Below, piece by piece: positions 25,129-27,427 of a DNA stretch of 27,427 nucleotides. Source of the DNA: an uncultured delta proteobacterium (GTDB lineage: Bacteria > Desulfobacterota > Zymogenia > Zymogenales > Zymogenaceae); NCBI GenBank assembly GCA_963792965.1, contig CAWBYW010000022.1, positions 1 to 27,427 on the forward strand, given 5' to 3'. Position 1 is the first letter of the stretch. Each line of letters starts with the position of its first letter. The position numbers and the translations under genes were made by a program. Under the pieces are notes generated by a model. It did not search any database and had not been told where the DNA came from. It saw only the letters and a list, made by a program, of their open reading frames with translations.

Positions 25129-25626
25129 ATGGACGACAAAATCAGGGACGCGATGCAGCAGGCCTATACCGGAGAGTCAAAGGCGCTCCTTCGTCTCCAG
25201 GTCTATGCCGAAAAGGCGGATGAGGATGGGTATCCCCAGATCGCGAAGCTCTTCCGGGTTATCGCCTTTTCCGAGTGGATCCACGGAAGCCGCGCGCTGC
25301 GCTATCTCCGCGAGATCAAGGGGACGGAGGAGAATCTGAAGCTCTCCTTCGAATCGGAGACCAAAGTGGCCGGCGTAGCTTACGATAAGTTCGTCAAAAC
25401 GGCCACGGATCTGGATGACGCGGCGGCGCTGAAAATATTTGCCAACTCGAAAGACGTGGAGGACGTGCACGCCAAGCTCTATAAGGAGGCGATGAACCAT
25501 CTCATGGAGGAAAAGGAGACGACTTACTGGGTGTGTATGGTCTGCGGCTACGTCTCCGACGGAGTGCTCCCCGAGGTATGCCCGGTCTGCCAGGCGAAGA
25601 AGGAGGAGTTCAGAGAGTTCAAATAG
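25129..25626 (+). CDS. rbr: Rubrerythrin
   Basis: GESKA..AEKADEDGYPQIAKLFRVIAFSEWIH..EDVH; C-terminal CMVCGY..CPVC rubredoxin-like domain. Confidence 0.92.
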   Translation: MDDKIRDAMQQAYTGESKALLRLQVYAEKADEDGYPQIAKLFRVIAFSEWIHGSRALRYLREIKGTEENLKLSFESETKVAGVAYDKFVKTATDLDDAAALKIFANSKDVEDVHAKLYKEAMNHLMEEKETTYWVCMVCGYVSDGVLPEVCPVCQAKKEEFREFK

Positions 25627-25667
25627 AAATACCCAGCATGCATCGAGCGCCGAAACGAGTCACACGG

Positions 25668-25705
25668 GGGAGGGAATGATCATCAAATTCCCTCCCTTGC
25701 ATTTT
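25668..25705. terminator. Probable terminator between convergent genes
   Basis: GGGAGGGAAT...ATTCCCTCCC 10-bp stem followed by TTGCATTTT. Confidence 0.6.
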
Positions 25706-25770
25706 ATATGAGGCGTGCGTGATCGGCCTCGCATATCCGGTGGCGAATCTGCGGACGTACACGGGAGGGC

Positions 25771-26637
25771 CTATCGTGTCGCCCTTACGGCGGCATTAAT
25801 AACGGAGAGATCCAAGACGTCCGATACACGGCAGCTCATGATGAATCCCGTGACCGCTATCTTCTTTGCCTTCTCGATCGGCGCGATCCCGGCAGGCGTG
25901 GCCTCCACCGTCAGGAAAAGGCGGGCGTGGGTGGGGGATTTCGTGTCGCCGGCCCCCTCGATGAAATAGCTCTTCTCGTTTTTCGTCAGCAATTGGTCTA
26001 AGAAGAGCGAAACCTCGCCAAAACGGGTCACCGTAAAATTCCCGGAAATATTCTTCCCGACGAGCTCGCCAGCAAAGGCGCGCATCTTGGCCTTCCTGTC
26101 GGGGTCTGGAAGCGCCGAAAACTCCGCGATCTTTTCGTCGACCTTTGTGATATCGATCGTCTCCGCCCCGATAAACCGCTCCCTCGGGATGATGACCATC
26201 GGCAGATCGGCGTCAAAGGCCGTCACCTCGAGAGGTTTCTCCGGCCTCATTGGCCCGGGGGAGCCGGTGGGCGGTTTTGCGGGCGTCAGGGGCGCCGTGG
26301 TGAACGGACTTGCCCCAAGCGACAGCCTTCCCGCGTAAAAGCAGAGGAACATTCCGAAGATCAGGCCGAAGGCGACAAAAACCGTCTTCACGGTATCCTG
26401 CTTACGCAAGGCCTTCCCCACGGATCCCGGCTTCCCGGGGGACTTCGGGTCGTCGATCTCCGGTGACGCGGGCGGGGTGTCGGCCCCGGCGCCCTCTTCG
26501 AACTCCATCACGGGAATATCGGGGGTCACGAAGAACTTCTTCTTGCACCTCGGGCAGTTAACCGCCCTCCCGGACTCGGGGATCAGCTCATCCTGGATCG
26601 ACCCGGCGAATCCGCAGTGTGGACAACTGATATCCAT
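25771..26637 (-). CDS. Zinc-ribbon (MJ0042-type finger) single-pass membrane protein
   Basis: CPHC..IPESGRAVNCPRCKKKF, a Pro-rich linker, one TM helix and a C-terminal domain I cannot assign. Confidence 0.8.
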   Translation of the reverse strand: MDISCPHCGFAGSIQDELIPESGRAVNCPRCKKKFFVTPDIPVMEFEEGAGADTPPASPEIDDPKSPGKPGSVGKALRKQDTVKTVFVAFGLIFGMFLCFYAGRLSLGASPFTTAPLTPAKPPTGSPGPMRPEKPLEVTAFDADLPMVIIPRERFIGAETIDITKVDEKIAEFSALPDPDRKAKMRAFAGELVGKNISGNFTVTRFGEVSLFLDQLLTKNEKSYFIEGAGDTKSPTHARLFLTVEATPAGIAPIEKAKKIAVTGFIMSCRVSDVLDLSVINAAVRATR

Positions 26638-26721
26638 TGCCGCTCTCCACAGGTTTTAATTGGATAAGAAATCGTATATCGCCGCGTACCGGCAAGAAAG
26701 AAGAAACAAATATTGTTGTTT

Positions 26722-26750
26722 ACTATAGCCGAAGATCCATCGGAAATCAA
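26722..26750 (-). promoter_or_regulatory. Putative sigma70 promoter of the zinc-ribbon gene
   Basis: Minus strand TTGATT, 17-nt spacer, TATAGT. Confidence 0.5.
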
Positions 26751-26856
26751 GAAGAGATGAACCGCCGACCGTCTTATTCGTCATCGCGACACCGAACGTA
26801 ACAGCCGGCGTACAGAGACACGCCTGCCCTCCGTGCGGTTCCATAGCTGTCCGTTT

Positions 26857-27427
26857 TCACTCCTTGGCGGCTTTCTCAAGGGCCCTCTTCGCCAGTGACG
26901 AGGAGTAGTTTTCCCAGTCATCCGTCTCCCCCGGCCTCTTTCGACGGATCTCGAAGGTGCAGATATCCGCGCCCGCCGGGATCGTTTTCGTCACCACGAC
27001 CTGGTAGTCGATAGTAGGGAACTTCTCTCGCACCGCGTCGATCATACCCTGCACCAGGTAACGCTGGACACGGCAGTCGAAGGCCCGGTAGCTCTCCTGG
27101 TGGGGGCACCAGAGGATATCGAAGGAGCAGTGATCCTCGCCGTCGATACGGGGAACTTCCGGAGAGGCGTAGATCTCGCGATTGATCCAGCTCGCGTAGG
27201 CGGACATGAACTCGATGGGCTGGATCCCCTTGGGCATGTCGACCCCCTCCAGTATCTGGCGGCCGATGTCTCTTCCCACCTCCTCGAGCACGCCGGTCAT
27301 GGCCGTCTGGCCCGCGCTGCCGAATGTTCGTTCGGCCGCCTGCAGCATCCGGAGCACCGACATTGCCAGCATGTTTCCCCAGCGGAAGAGCGATGTCGGA
27401 TCATAATCGTCGCGCGACAGCGCCTCG
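26857..27427 (-). CDS. ATC-hydrolase/V4R-like small-ligand-binding protein; 5' end probably outside the window
   Basis: The frame is open to the window edge (EALSRDDYDPTSLFRWGNML...). FDILWCPH..DCRVQ..TKTIPAGADICTF. Confidence 0.65.
   Translation of the reverse strand, partial: EALSRDDYDPTSLFRWGNMLAMSVLRMLQAAERTFGSAGQTAMTGVLEEVGRDIGRQILEGVDMPKGIQPIEFMSAYASWINREIYASPEVPRIDGEDHCSFDILWCPHQESYRAFDCRVQRYLVQGMIDAVREKFPTIDYQVVVTKTIPAGADICTFEIRRKRPGETDDWENYSSSLAKRALEKAAKE

Overview
GC-rich (~60% by eye) bacterial DNA; the gene content (glycyl radical enzyme, rubrerythrin, hemerythrin, glutaconate-type CoA transferase) suggests an anaerobe, possibly Desulfobacterota-like (inference). The left 11.9 kb is one co-oriented minus-strand catabolic cluster: PadR regulator, extended SDR, classical SDR, a ~795-aa glycyl radical enzyme (GRE) split by about 7 single-base indels, family I CoA-transferase alpha/beta, MmgE/PrpD protein, acyl-CoA dehydrogenase, SCP2 lipid-carrier protein and two tandem QueG-like Fe-S proteins. 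The GRE keeps its catalytic Cys/Glu (GCLEP) and Gly loop (RISGYS), but its substrate-pocket residues match none of the characterised eliminases I can recall, and no activating enzyme is in the window. This cluster is the best candidate for an undescribed anaerobic pathway, possibly for a hydrophobic or lipid-like substrate. The rest holds a V4R protein, a SHOCT-SHOCT-CuA cupredoxin-cytochrome c group, a 44-aa membrane protein too short for the ORF track, a WG-repeat lipoprotein, a lone gap, DUF2330, YhhN, an FGGY kinase, hemerythrin, a divergent PP2C, MscS, rubrerythrin, a zinc-ribbon membrane protein and a partial ATC-hydrolase/V4R-like gene. Scattered single-base indels suggest a long-read consensus with residual errors. 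All family calls come from motif recognition by eye; no database search was run.
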